This document shows, in pieces, positions 9,601 through 19,485 of a stretch of DNA of 28,627 nt. The notes beneath the pieces are model-generated. The model ran no database searches. It was given only the letters and a program-made list of their open reading frames with translations, and was not told where the DNA came from. Position 1 is the stretch's first letter, and every line of letters begins with the position of its first letter. The DNA comes from a virus. Taxonomy: Duplodnaviria; Caudoviricetes. The stretch lies in IMG/VR virus record IMGVR_UViG_3300020408_000030, positions 1 to 28,627 of that record; one strand, 5' to 3'. The translations under genes and the position numbers were made by a program.

Positions 9601-12075
9601 GCTGCAAGCAACGCTGCTCTTCGTGGAGATAACTTATACTTATCAATGTCAGATTCTGCAGTAGAATACATTAATCAAAATCTTGCAACTACTACAGAAA
9701 ATATTAATCCATTTGCAGTCATCAGATCAAATGGACATATCGAATTATCGCCTGCTACAGATACATGGGTAGAAACTCAATTTGCGCCAGCCGAAGTTAA
9801 TGGTGGTGGAACTGTAACGCAAGTAGTACCAACACAAGTTCAATTTGGAAGTTTAGCCGCTTTTAGAGATAATTGGATTGGACAACCGACTGCGTGGAAT
9901 GTTGGAGAAACATCAGTAGCAGCGTCTGGTAGAAGAAGAGATTTTTCAAGAACAAATACAAGAAGTGTTACAATTAGTGGTGGATTTGATACTGTAACTA
10001 CACAAGTTGGGGAAAGAGTATTAAGTGTTTCAATATTACCGTTTATGAGATCAATTAAAGTTTACTTTAGAGCTCAAGGCTTAAGAAGAAAAACAAGACA
10101 CTTTCCGTATTTTGGTGGCAGTGCAATTGACAATTTTACGAGACAAGAATCATTTGCTCGATATTCAACAAGAACCGATGCGGGTTCGGTAAGTGCCGGT
10201 GCTACCGCTCATCCAGATGGTTCGACTAATCTTATTTCAGATAGTAATGGAACTATTACAGGTTCGTTTATCATTCCAAGTAGTAATACATTGCAATTTA
10301 ATACAGGTACGCAACAGTTTAAATTATTAGATATTAGTGGTGGTATAGATTCGAATTCTATATCTTCAGCTAATACTTCTTTTACTGCGTCTGGTACATT
10401 AGAAACAAGACAAAGAATATTTACATCAACAAGGGTTGAAAGAGTTCAAACTGTTGTTGAAGAAAGCACACAATCATGGACACAATGGGTTGATCCACTT
10501 GCACAATCATTTTTAGTTGATCCTATCGATAATCCAAATGGTGTGTTTATAACTAAAGTAAAGATTTATTTTGCAACAAAAGATGATAATCATGGTGTGC
10601 CTGTTCAGTGTCAGATAAGACCAATGGAAAATGGAGTTCCCGTAAATCAACCTTTACCGCAAGCTGTTAAGTTTGTAGAGCCTGCCAGTGTTAACGTAAC
10701 TGCTCTAAGTGGTGCAACGATGAGTGGCGTGCAAGGTGCAGGAACTGATTTTAAATTTGATGAACCAATTTATTTAGCGCCTGGTGAAGAATATGCGATT
10801 GTTCTTCTTGCAGAATCAACGGCTTATACGGTCTATGTAGCAGAAACTTATGAGTTTGTTGTTGGCACAACATCTCAAAGAATAGCTAAACAACCAACGC
10901 TCGGTTCATTATTTTTATCTCAAAATGGTTCAACGTGGACACCTGAGCAAAGTAAAGATTTAATGTTTACTTTATTTAGAGCAGATTTTAATACAAGCAG
11001 TTCAGCAATATTAAATACGCAAACTCCTCCAAGAGAAACATTAGCCACTAATTCAATTCAAACTGTAAATGGCGATGCAGACGTAAGGGTATTTCATACT
11101 GGTCATGGATTTTCTAAAAATGATAAAGTTACTATTGAAGGTATAACTGATACTATAGCAGGTATAACTGCAGCTAACATAAATGGAAATAGAACGATAA
11201 CAGAAGTAGACGCAACAGGTTATACGTTCGGAGCTGGAGCTGCAGCAAATTCAAATGTTAGAGGCGGTGGAGCTAATATGGTTGTAACTGCTAATACTGT
11301 ATTTAATACTTTTCTACCGCAAATACAAACTTTACAAGTATTAAATACTAATATATCGGCTGAGGCAAAATTTACTACTGGTCGTTCTTTTGGTAATTCA
11401 AATTCTAGAACTTCTGGCAGATCATACGCTAAAGATACTAGTTTTTCTAATATCGTTTTAAATGAATTTAATTTTACAGATAATTCAAAGGTAATACTTA
11501 CCGATTCAAATGCTACAGAAATAAGTAATGCCAAATCTGCCACTATTAAATTAAATCTATCTACAAATGATTCAAAGGTTTCGCCAATAATTGATTTACA
11601 AAGAGTAAACTTTGTTGGATTTGAAAATTTAATTGATAAACTAGATTCAACAGGAACTGGCGGTGATGGTATTAAACCAATATTAACATCATTTGTGCAT
11701 GAAACAGAACCAACAGATGGTACGCATTCGGCTAAACATTTAACAAAACCAGTTAACCTAGAAGAATCCGCAGTTGGATTAAAGATATTATTTGCAGCTA
11801 ATAGGCCAGCTGATTGTCAATTTAGAGTTTATTATAGAACTGCGACGTCAGATGAAGATCTATCTACTCAAGCTTTTAGATTACAACCAGAATTTAGTAA
11901 CAATCCAGCTGATGACGATAATCAAACTTTTAGAGAATATGAATATCTACCAGGTGGACAAATTGGTAATTTAGATGCATTTACAAAATTTCAAATTAAG
12001 ATTGTTATGAGATCAACAAATCAATCTAAGATACCAACATTAAAAGATCTTAGAGTAATTGCGATGGTGACATAA
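6637..12075 (+). CDS. Large virion structural protein (DUF4815/VrlC-like), 1812 aa
   Basis: YKDDF..SDNFHRILF..GKALQARELTQMQ, SPGADRYRISL, RTKEESGNY, KSGFLVDNF, DPLAQSFLV, GSLFLSQNGSTWT and C-terminal FQIKIVMRS...LKDLRVIA; typical position after gp8 in marine T4-like phages. Confidence 0.85.
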   Translation: MATNLSNVTFSNVYKDDFADSDNFHRILFNSGKALQARELTQMQTIIQKEIERFGSNIFRQGGAVTGGGLTIDNKQEFVNLATNQLPADPSTLVGKYYKDNTNNLIIRIKEVLVANATTSDISIDGASAVNHNVDTLIIEYISTSSGTAGTTPVRLQAGNMLQRIVAANDTTLVNDTPNYPDMAVTAGHPSTGQNISGLGLKANIDKGSFFVQGHFVFCKAQSVHIQRFSERPNTILGFQIAEQIINTDDDVSLFDNQGAAPNLSSPGADRYRISLTLTTKANAGSNNFIYLANVVNGKLSDEINLDNSYKQLQEVLALRTKEESGNYIVKRFDLNPSEVTSTKINFNVSDGIAYVDGYRLDLDAKSLEVDRPTTTQEVEGELVSANLGNYVVVAGDHPDDSASLENNNIPDISNFQKLNLYAAFSAGQGTAGGNVADHSTLVIGSARCRGLYRETTGRYRMHLFDVRMKPNQSFSFVRSIGRDQTSFMNVVLEGDQAVLKNTTNNDLLFALPKNRPQFDGITGQSMIVQRKFQFTTSMGLTSISGDNGGGLPAGCDAFFGGSNWVVSEVGEGIVEGAVCSVDPGNVTFTITGLPVGSKTFNLLAQVQMSGSTSVAERSKTLKETTITRGATSDSDGRGFKFISLDKPDVFTIKAIKETDSNGVDISGNFVLDNGQRDNYYGIGRLLPKQNVDMPAGNVFVRYQYFEHEPSVTGVGGQKCYFSATSYKNNSNAVGSLDGTGVTYETIPDYTKGNGQKVNLRDVLDFRPVAVLQHDFDSAGATLKANGHFNITFDSNGPDVAGTTPLIHLLPQPGGTVQADITYFLGRKDRLVANSSNLRGGRSATGSIDYIQGLPSFDPELPNLPNGAMPLYNVNLGGNTVNTKDITTEPYANKRFQMADIARLERRIDNLDEVTSLSLLELNTSTLNVVDSAGNSRVKSGFLVDNFRDYSFTDITNNEQRASIDPQAGYLSPLVVSKVTRLQYDSADAASNAALRGDNLYLSMSDSAVEYINQNLATTTENINPFAVIRSNGHIELSPATDTWVETQFAPAEVNGGGTVTQVVPTQVQFGSLAAFRDNWIGQPTAWNVGETSVAASGRRRDFSRTNTRSVTISGGFDTVTTQVGERVLSVSILPFMRSIKVYFRAQGLRRKTRHFPYFGGSAIDNFTRQESFARYSTRTDAGSVSAGATAHPDGSTNLISDSNGTITGSFIIPSSNTLQFNTGTQQFKLLDISGGIDSNSISSANTSFTASGTLETRQRIFTSTRVERVQTVVEESTQSWTQWVDPLAQSFLVDPIDNPNGVFITKVKIYFATKDDNHGVPVQCQIRPMENGVPVNQPLPQAVKFVEPASVNVTALSGATMSGVQGAGTDFKFDEPIYLAPGEEYAIVLLAESTAYTVYVAETYEFVVGTTSQRIAKQPTLGSLFLSQNGSTWTPEQSKDLMFTLFRADFNTSSSAILNTQTPPRETLATNSIQTVNGDADVRVFHTGHGFSKNDKVTIEGITDTIAGITAANINGNRTITEVDATGYTFGAGAAANSNVRGGGANMVVTANTVFNTFLPQIQTLQVLNTNISAEAKFTTGRSFGNSNSRTSGRSYAKDTSFSNIVLNEFNFTDNSKVILTDSNATEISNAKSATIKLNLSTNDSKVSPIIDLQRVNFVGFENLIDKLDSTGTGGDGIKPILTSFVHETEPTDGTHSAKHLTKPVNLEESAVGLKILFAANRPADCQFRVYYRTATSDEDLSTQAFRLQPEFSNNPADDDNQTFREYEYLPGGQIGNLDAFTKFQIKIVMRSTNQSKIPTLKDLRVIAMVT

Positions 12076-12299
12076 TGAGTGATCATATACGAGTTGAAGG
12101 GCATTCATATCTCATGAGAGATGGCCAATCCGGAGCTATAATAAATACAAATGTAAATGAAATGACTCAAGCGCGTGTAAGAAAAGCACAGTGGAAAAAA
12201 CAACAAAATGAAATAAAAGAATTGAAAAGCGAATTACAAGAAATGAAAAAACTTTTAAATCAAATGATAGAGGTAAATGATGGCCGTAACAGTAGTTAA
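12075..12299 (+). CDS. Small coiled-coil hypothetical protein
   Basis: VEGHSYLMRD..SGAIINTN followed by a heptad-like tail; TAATG coupling to the upstream gene. Confidence 0.75.
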   Translation: MSDHIRVEGHSYLMRDGQSGAIINTNVNEMTQARVRKAQWKKQQNEIKELKSELQEMKKLLNQMIEVNDGRNSS

Positions 12300-12552
12300 T
12301 TTATCTGATACCATTTCACAATGGGTGACTAAAACGAATACTATATCAAGTGATTTAGGTGATAAATCTCTTTTAGCAACACCTGTTACGACTGATGTAG
12401 TATCTGCAATTAATTCTATTAAAACAAGAGATTCGGCTGGTGTAAGAACAATAGAAAATTTCACAAGTTTTAACTTCGATAACGTTGTAACATTACAAAT
12501 ATTCGACTCATCAGGAAGTGTATTAAAAACGCTTAGAACGCCGGGGTCTTAA
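12277..12552 (+). CDS. Small hypothetical virion protein (start may be 12280)
   Basis: GAGGT RBS upstream; VNLSDTISQWVTKTN resembles fibre-attachment N-termini; two DS motifs. Confidence 0.65.
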   Translation: MMAVTVVNLSDTISQWVTKTNTISSDLGDKSLLATPVTTDVVSAINSIKTRDSAGVRTIENFTSFNFDNVVTLQIFDSSGSVLKTLRTPGS

Positions 12553-13491
12553 ATGGCCTATCGTTTTCCTTTATATTACGATCGCAGTAATGATTCGTTA
12601 AGAACCATGACGCAGGCTCAGTTAGTCGAGATCGTTGACGCTGTTAGATATGAATTTGGAAAAAATCCATTTCCAAGTTTATTAACAATACCAAGTGGCG
12701 GTAATTTTCCCGCATTAGAAGAAACAAGATTACAAGCAGGAACTCACGTAACTCATCCGAGTACTTTTATTGACGCACCTAATACTTCAACTGTCACAAC
12801 AACATTTCAAAAATTAGATCAAGACGTAACCAATAGTACTAACATGGATACTTCTATTATGCCTATGCCATGTTACTACGATACTGGTGACGGTTCTATT
12901 AAACATATGTCGATGCAAGATGTAAAAGATACTTTTATCTATCCAGCATTAACAATATTATCTGATGGCACAGATCAACCTGGCACATACAAAGTAACAA
13001 CTATAACAAATTTAGCTGGTCACTCCGTTGATGTCGGTAATGGAGCTTTTTACATCGATACTCGCGCAGATGCTTCTGCTTATACATCTTCAAATATACC
13101 AGAAACTCAAGATCAGCCAACCACAATAACATCATATTATATTGCGAGAGTTAATAACATTCCTGATCCTGTTCATCAATATCCAATGGTCATATTACCT
13201 GATGGAAATATTCACGAATATATAAAAGTAGAATTTAGAAGATTATTACGACATACCGTACGATCGGCTTCAAAATTCGACACTGGTTTTAAGATAAGAT
13301 ATGGATATAATGACGGATCCACACATACTTCTGCTGGAATAAATATGGGTACAGGTATAACAGATACAAGATTAAATAATCAAACAACTGGACAACTTCA
13401 AGTTCATGGCGATGATTATAGAACTCAAGATTTTCCTTCTGGCACACCGATAACAGCTAACACTACTTTTTTAAGAATACGGAGAGATTAA
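12553..13491 (+). CDS. Hypothetical virion-associated protein, Thr/Asp-rich
   Basis: 312-aa ORF abutting its neighbours; internally duplicated motif PLYYD..DSLRTMT / PCYYD..GSIKHMS. Confidence 0.65.
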   Translation: MAYRFPLYYDRSNDSLRTMTQAQLVEIVDAVRYEFGKNPFPSLLTIPSGGNFPALEETRLQAGTHVTHPSTFIDAPNTSTVTTTFQKLDQDVTNSTNMDTSIMPMPCYYDTGDGSIKHMSMQDVKDTFIYPALTILSDGTDQPGTYKVTTITNLAGHSVDVGNGAFYIDTRADASAYTSSNIPETQDQPTTITSYYIARVNNIPDPVHQYPMVILPDGNIHEYIKVEFRRLLRHTVRSASKFDTGFKIRYGYNDGSTHTSAGINMGTGITDTRLNNQTTGQLQVHGDDYRTQDFPSGTPITANTTFLRIRRD

Positions 13492-13493
13492 AT

Positions 13494-14288
13494 ATGCAAC
13501 CTGGTTATGAATTTGTTGAAGCGAGATTTATAGATGAAGACCACCTTAACGTAGCAGTTATGTGGAAATCACCAGAAGAACAACTTATAGAAGAAGTTAT
13601 ATCTTCAGATCCAACTCAACCACAATGGAATCGACTTATGAAACACACAACAGAAAAAGCTGTGTGGGATCGAACTGCTGAATGGAAATTAGAAGAAAAG
13701 AAAAAGTTTGATGCTTATATCAGACCTGTAGTTGATGTTGAAGTTGAAAGAAGAGTTCAAGCAGAAATAGCTCTTAGAGAAAAAAAAGTTAAAGAAGAAG
13801 TAGCTCATAGATTAGTTGAAACATATCCTGTTTTAGTTGATGAGTTAAATACAAAAAGATCTGAAGTAACAAATTTAGTAAAATTAGTTAAAGGAAAAGA
13901 AGGGGAAATAGACAATTTAATAACAAATGTTAATTTAAAAGAAGGCGAAGTTCAGATTTTAGCAAGAGATAATAAAATTCTTGTAGAAGATATTGAAAGA
14001 ATAAACTCGAATATGCTAGAGTTTATCGACAAGCCTTTTACTGCAGCTGCTTCTGACAAATTCCAAAAAGAACTTACAGCTATTAAACAGCAATTAATGC
14101 AGGAAATGACTATGACTCCTGAAAAATTATTTCAATTACTTATTGAAAATAATGAAAATGAAGAACATTTATTTAAATTTAAGTTAGAAGCTTTTAAATT
14201 AGATCATATTAAAAATGCCAAATCTAAAAAAATAAAAACAGATATACGAAAAGCAAAAACTCTTATCGAATTGTTTAAATTAATATAA
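13494..14288 (+). CDS. Hypothetical coiled-coil protein (Glu/Lys-rich)
   Basis: 264-aa ORF with a long charged helical middle; coupled (TAATG) to the first glycosyltransferase-like gene. Confidence 0.65.
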   Translation: MQPGYEFVEARFIDEDHLNVAVMWKSPEEQLIEEVISSDPTQPQWNRLMKHTTEKAVWDRTAEWKLEEKKKFDAYIRPVVDVEVERRVQAEIALREKKVKEEVAHRLVETYPVLVDELNTKRSEVTNLVKLVKGKEGEIDNLITNVNLKEGEVQILARDNKILVEDIERINSNMLEFIDKPFTAAASDKFQKELTAIKQQLMQEMTMTPEKLFQLLIENNENEEHLFKFKLEAFKLDHIKNAKSKKIKTDIRKAKTLIELFKLI

Positions 14289-14929
14289 TGAATATAATAT
14301 TTGTTAAATGGGGTACTAAGTACTCGAGTGATCACGTTATCAATTTATATAATTCTTTAAAGAATTACGATTATCCAAATCACTACTATTATTGTTACAC
14401 AGATAGAGATGCAGATATTTTAATTAATGCTGGTCTTAGAACAGTTCCTATTCCAGAAAAACCAATGTTAAAAAGGTGGTGGAATAAGCTTAAAATGTTT
14501 GATAAAGATTTTCCATTAGTTGGAAAAAATTTATATTTTGATTTAGATGTTAAAATAAATTCTGATCCTTTTAATATCGTTGAACAAGTCAATTGGAATA
14601 AACTAACAGTAATTGATTGTCATTGGAAAAAATCTAATTTATATAAAAGATTGTCTAATTACGATGTTGATATAAATTCATCAATGCTAGCGTGGCATTC
14701 TAAATCAACTAGTGTGCATGAAATGTGGGATCATTTTTATAACTCTGGTTATAAAGATTATTTTTTAAGAAAATACGTTGGAATAGATCGCTATATAGTA
14801 CATGAAGATTTTGAATATAATACATTTCCACATGACTTTATACAATCATATAAGTATGAACCAGATAAAAAAGCACCAGTGACAACTTATGAAGAGGTAA
14901 ATTTTGAAGGAACAAATTCTATATCGTAG
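14288..14929 (+). CDS. Putative glycosyltransferase (GT-A-like)
   Basis: VKWGTKY...YCYTD...WWNKLKMF...YFDLDV (DxD)...INSSML: layout typical of small GT-A-fold proteins. Confidence 0.7.
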   Translation: MNIIFVKWGTKYSSDHVINLYNSLKNYDYPNHYYYCYTDRDADILINAGLRTVPIPEKPMLKRWWNKLKMFDKDFPLVGKNLYFDLDVKINSDPFNIVEQVNWNKLTVIDCHWKKSNLYKRLSNYDVDINSSMLAWHSKSTSVHEMWDHFYNSGYKDYFLRKYVGIDRYIVHEDFEYNTFPHDFIQSYKYEPDKKAPVTTYEEVNFEGTNSIS

Positions 14930-15536
14930 TCTTAAGATTATAGAAGAAATATATGATGAATCACAATACGGCGTAGATGATTTATATCGTATAAAGGATA
15001 TTGTACATTCGTTAGACGACAATCATTGGAATAGTAAACAATGGCTTGTCGATACGTTAACGCCTATTCATAAAAAATTGTTTCCAAATAATTGTAAAAT
15101 GTATATTGCAGGTGGCTGGTATGGATTACTTGGTCATCTTTTACGTGATAGATTTAGTGATAATCATATCGTCTGTGGCGATATAGATCCTATGACAGAA
15201 CACTATGGCCATAAGTTATTTTATGATAGAGATATAGAATTTAAAATTGAAAACTGTTTACAGTCAAAAGATTTAGACGCTAATATAATTATTAATACTA
15301 GTTGCGAACATATGGATAAAGATGATCTTGCAGACTTTATACAAATGAAAAATAAAGAATCTTTAATAGTATTGCAAACTAATGATTATTATGAGTTAGA
15401 TTCTCATATTAATTGTTCAAATACATTAGAAGAATTTTGTGAGTTTGTTGAACCTTTATTATCAAAGAAATGGATTGTATCTAAAGCATCTTTAGATTTA
15501 GGCGACTTTAGTAGATACATGGTAATAGGTCAATGA
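14904..15536 (+). CDS. Putative class I SAM-dependent methyltransferase
   Basis: Motif I-like YIAGGWYG, acidic CGDIDP and IIINTSCEHM; TTG start with GAGGT RBS. Confidence 0.7.
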   Translation: MKEQILYRSLKIIEEIYDESQYGVDDLYRIKDIVHSLDDNHWNSKQWLVDTLTPIHKKLFPNNCKMYIAGGWYGLLGHLLRDRFSDNHIVCGDIDPMTEHYGHKLFYDRDIEFKIENCLQSKDLDANIIINTSCEHMDKDDLADFIQMKNKESLIVLQTNDYYELDSHINCSNTLEEFCEFVEPLLSKKWIVSKASLDLGDFSRYMVIGQ

Positions 15537-16387
15537 ACGTAGTTTATAGCATATACATTGATATTGACGATAATAATTTAGACAATCCTGGTTGGTGGGA
15601 AAATGGTGTACAAATAAAAACAAACAAGAGTTTAGAAACTAAATTAGCATTTAAAAGAAATTATGATAAATTAAATAAAGTAAAAAAAGATTATGCAGAA
15701 TTAATAGGAGCCGACTATGTTTTATTTGAAAATGATAACCAATACAAAGAATATTTTAAATCATTTCAAAAAAAATATTCACAGATATCTGAGTACGATG
15801 TTATAAATTTTTATAAGCAATGGTTAATGAAAGAGATGGCATTGAAATATGATAGTGTTTGCTATCTAGATTTTGATGTTATACCAAATACAAAAGATGA
15901 TATATTTAAAGCACATAAAATAGATACGCATTTTGCTTGTGCTGAAAATAATTCTTTAGCATTATGGGGAAAAATAGTAAATCCAAATAAATATAATACT
16001 TGTATTCGAAATCCTGCATCAAAATATTGGAATTGCCATGCAATGTTATTTGAAAAAGGATTAGAGCCAGAAACTGATGTTTTTAATACAGCAATTATGG
16101 TTTCGTCAAGTAAGATAATAAATCAATTAAATTATTTTGGTGATTTTGATAAGACTTTAGATTTAATGACTTACGTAAAAAATGATAAAGATTCTATGTA
16201 CCCTCATAATATAAAAAGAGTTTTTGGATATGATAACGAAACTGTGTTTGCTTACAGAAGAGTAGTTAATGAAATAAAAATAGATTATATTACCGATGAT
16301 TGGCACTGGAGAGTTGATTCGGATATATGGAAAGAAGACGCAAAAATGTTTCATGTCATGAATAAAAAGTTTGGTTTATTTTTATGA
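15533..16387 (+). CDS. Putative glycosyltransferase (GT-A-like)
   Basis: DYAELIGADY, CYLDFDVI (DxD), VFNTAIM, DNETVF and C-terminal MFHVMNK; ATGA overlap. Confidence 0.62.
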   Translation: MNVVYSIYIDIDDNNLDNPGWWENGVQIKTNKSLETKLAFKRNYDKLNKVKKDYAELIGADYVLFENDNQYKEYFKSFQKKYSQISEYDVINFYKQWLMKEMALKYDSVCYLDFDVIPNTKDDIFKAHKIDTHFACAENNSLALWGKIVNPNKYNTCIRNPASKYWNCHAMLFEKGLEPETDVFNTAIMVSSSKIINQLNYFGDFDKTLDLMTYVKNDKDSMYPHNIKRVFGYDNETVFAYRRVVNEIKIDYITDDWHWRVDSDIWKEDAKMFHVMNKKFGLFL

Positions 16388-17022
16388 AAATATATTGTGT
16401 AAGTATAGGTGAAAAATATGGACCAGAGTTTGAGAAATATTTAGAAAATAAACTTGGTACAATAATTTGGATACGAGATCAAATAGCTCCTAACGTTCCA
16501 TTGCAATGGAATAAAATGTACCCGATGTCTTTAAGTGATACCGAACCTGTTTGTGTAATTGATTTAGACATTGTTTTAGAAAATGATTACATGGATTTAT
16601 TTAATTATCCAATAGAAAGAGGTGAGTTTTTATCAATTCATGGTTGGTGGAGAGATGCGCCGGGTTATACATTAAATGGTGGATTTTTTAAATACTATCC
16701 GATTGACTGTAACTACATATATGAAAAGTTTATGTCTGATATTGAAAAATGGAAAGTACATTATATTAAAAATAAAACTACAATCGGTCCAGTAAACGGC
16801 GAACAATATTTTGTAGAAGATAGTGTTAATGAAAAATTAAAATTAAAACTTGCGCCTGCAAGTTGGGTTACAAGATGGAAAAACGATTACAGTCATATAT
16901 GGTTTGAAGAATTAACAAAGAAATATATAGATGCATCAGGAGAAGATTATCTTAAAAAAGATGATTGGAATCCTAATATAAAACTAGTTCATTATAATCA
17001 CACATTAAATAAACCACAATGA
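16384..17022 (+). CDS. Putative glycosyltransferase (GT-A-like), related in layout to 14288-14929
   Basis: CVSIGEKYG, QWNKM, VIDLDIV (DxD), LNGGFF, GEQYFV and KLVHY. Confidence 0.65.
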   Translation: MKIYCVSIGEKYGPEFEKYLENKLGTIIWIRDQIAPNVPLQWNKMYPMSLSDTEPVCVIDLDIVLENDYMDLFNYPIERGEFLSIHGWWRDAPGYTLNGGFFKYYPIDCNYIYEKFMSDIEKWKVHYIKNKTTIGPVNGEQYFVEDSVNEKLKLKLAPASWVTRWKNDYSHIWFEELTKKYIDASGEDYLKKDDWNPNIKLVHYNHTLNKPQ

Positions 17023-18227
17023 AATGTTTAGTACCAGATACTGGAATTACAATCAATCCGATAGGAGAGCTTGTATTATGCTGTGCAGCTGATCATGTTC
17101 CTATTGGTCATATTAAAGATATAGACGATGTTTCTGATTTTTTTAATTCAAAAGTTTATAATGATTTAAGAAAAAAATTTAAATTAAAAGAATTTCCTAA
17201 TCAATGCGATGTATGTAAAGTTCATTATGATGCAGGAAGAATAGCAAGATTTGATTCTTATAATAGAATCTTTAATTTTCCTACATATGAGCAGGACATT
17301 TCTAGTAAAACAATACCTATACGTTATTTAGAAATTACTACAAGTAATATTTGTAATCAGATGTGTGTTACTTGTTCTGGTAAATATTCATCTAAATGGG
17401 CTCCATACGAACAGCATGCTATTGATGTTGGATTAAAATGGAGAAATGAAAATCATAAGTTTCATACAGAAATTTATAAAATGACTGATAACGACGTTGA
17501 TAAGATTTTAAAAATAGTTCCGCACCTACAACATTTAACAATAAAGGGTGGTGAGCCTTTTGCTGATCATAATAATATAAAGATACTAAAATTATTAGGA
17601 GAAACAAACCCTAAATGCCGTGTAGAGATATGTACTAACTTTCAATTAGTGACTAATACAGTTATTGATTTACTGCATAAAATAGAAGATGTTCATATAC
17701 AAGCAAGCATCGATGGAACTTATGCTTTATACGATTGGATTCGTGGTGGTAATTTTGAAAAAACAATCAACAATATCAATAGATATCATGCAGTAGAAGG
17801 AAGACAAGTTCTTCCGGCTGTATGCATATCAATATACAATTGGATGAACATTGTTGAGCTAATAGATTTTTTTAAACCTATGAAGGCAGTTCCAATGGTT
17901 GGTCTTGCAAACTTAGTAACATTTCCAAAGTATTGTTCACCACTATATTTGTATCCTCGACATATAAAAGAAGGCCTTGATAAATTTTATAATTATTTAA
18001 AGGGTTATAAAAAGATTACAGAAAAAAGTTACAAGTGTGACGACTTAATAATAAGTGGCGTCAATAATATTAAAAGTGTAAAATATACAGAAGATTTTTT
18101 AGGAAACGATGTTATACAAAAACGCATGATAGAATGGATAGATTTTTGTTTAATTGCTCGTCAAAACAATGAAGACATATACGAATTAGCACCATATTTA
18201 AAAGAATATAATAATGCCAAGTCCTAG
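17019..18227 (+). CDS. Radical SAM protein with N-terminal SPASM/twitch-like domain
   Basis: CNQMCVTC (CxxxCxxC), KGGEPF, CTN and SIDG; N-terminal C...GELVLCC...CDVC. Confidence 0.9.
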   Translation: MKCLVPDTGITINPIGELVLCCAADHVPIGHIKDIDDVSDFFNSKVYNDLRKKFKLKEFPNQCDVCKVHYDAGRIARFDSYNRIFNFPTYEQDISSKTIPIRYLEITTSNICNQMCVTCSGKYSSKWAPYEQHAIDVGLKWRNENHKFHTEIYKMTDNDVDKILKIVPHLQHLTIKGGEPFADHNNIKILKLLGETNPKCRVEICTNFQLVTNTVIDLLHKIEDVHIQASIDGTYALYDWIRGGNFEKTINNINRYHAVEGRQVLPAVCISIYNWMNIVELIDFFKPMKAVPMVGLANLVTFPKYCSPLYLYPRHIKEGLDKFYNYLKGYKKITEKSYKCDDLIISGVNNIKSVKYTEDFLGNDVIQKRMIEWIDFCLIARQNNEDIYELAPYLKEYNNAKS

Positions 18228-19485
18228 ATACATTTATTTACATAAAAAATTAACTAAAAAAGTTAATCCAGAATCTTTGATAATTGCTAATAAAAAAAGA
18301 ACTATTCCAGAATATCAAAAATACATTAGCTGTTTCGCACCTTTTAATCATCTTAGAATTAATAGATTAGGCGAAGTATCACCGTGTTGTTTTGCTACAT
18401 ACAGAGAAAGATGGAAAAGAGGTAGTGTTAGTTTACGTGAAATTTGGTTTGAAGGTATCATGACCAAATATCAAGAGCAAATGATTAATCAAAAATTACA
18501 TTCGGGTTGTACTATATGCATTAATAAAATTAATCGAAATATTACTCCGCATATTCCAGATTATGATTGGAATGATAATGATAGAATGAGAAGCGCACTT
18601 AATATAACCTATCCTAAAATACTCGATATCGAATTATCTAATTTATGCAATTTAGAATGTCCTATGTGTTTCGGTTTTTTATCGTCTAAGCATGCTATGA
18701 ATCGAGATAAATTTTATAATGAAAAAGCTGATAAAGCAGATCGAGGTAAGAAAAAAGAATGGGGCGCAAATAGATTTGATAGCGATAAAAACTTAGACGC
18801 GTTTATTGAAGAATTAAAAGAATTTATACCGCATTGTAAAGAAATGCGTTTTTCAGGAGGTGAGCCTTTTGCACATAAAGCCATGTATAAGATAGCAAAA
18901 GTAGTTGCAGAAATTAATCCAAAAGTTAAATTAGAAATATGTACAAATGGAACTGTATACAATAAAAATGTTGAAAAAATTATAAAAGAAAATAACGTTT
19001 ATTTCTCATTTTCTATCGATACTGTAATACCAGAAGAATATAATTCTATTCGTGTTGGTGCTGAATACGAAAAAACATTTCGAAACATTGAAAAAATATC
19101 TCAATTAACGAAGCCAGAAAATATAACAATATCTACTGTTTTAATGAGTAAGAATTGTGAAAACTTTATAAAATTTTTTAAATGGGGTTACGACAGAAAA
19201 TATAAAATATTTGTTAATACGTATGATCTTCATGGAAGAAGAAGATGGATACCTGATTGGAGTTTATATTTAGTTGACAAAGAAATAAAAGATAATGTTG
19301 TCAAGCAATGCGAATATTGGTTAAACAAAATTAAAATAAACGAAGAAGATTATAAGTCAGAGGATTTGCTTGAAACTATAAATTTAGCTAAAAAATTAGC
19401 TACTGTTCGAGTGTATAATGATAATTATGAAAATCAGCTTAAAAAAGTAATATTTTTATTGAAAGAAAATAATAGTAATGTCTAG
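18214..19485 (+). CDS. Radical SAM protein with N-terminal SPASM/twitch-like domain
   Basis: CNLECPMC, FSGGEPF, CTNG and SIDT; N-terminal CFAPF...GEVSPCC...CTIC. Confidence 0.9.
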   Translation: MPSPRYIYLHKKLTKKVNPESLIIANKKRTIPEYQKYISCFAPFNHLRINRLGEVSPCCFATYRERWKRGSVSLREIWFEGIMTKYQEQMINQKLHSGCTICINKINRNITPHIPDYDWNDNDRMRSALNITYPKILDIELSNLCNLECPMCFGFLSSKHAMNRDKFYNEKADKADRGKKKEWGANRFDSDKNLDAFIEELKEFIPHCKEMRFSGGEPFAHKAMYKIAKVVAEINPKVKLEICTNGTVYNKNVEKIIKENNVYFSFSIDTVIPEEYNSIRVGAEYEKTFRNIEKISQLTKPENITISTVLMSKNCENFIKFFKWGYDRKYKIFVNTYDLHGRRRWIPDWSLYLVDKEIKDNVVKQCEYWLNKIKINEEDYKSEDLLETINLAKKLATVRVYNDNYENQLKKVIFLLKENNSNV

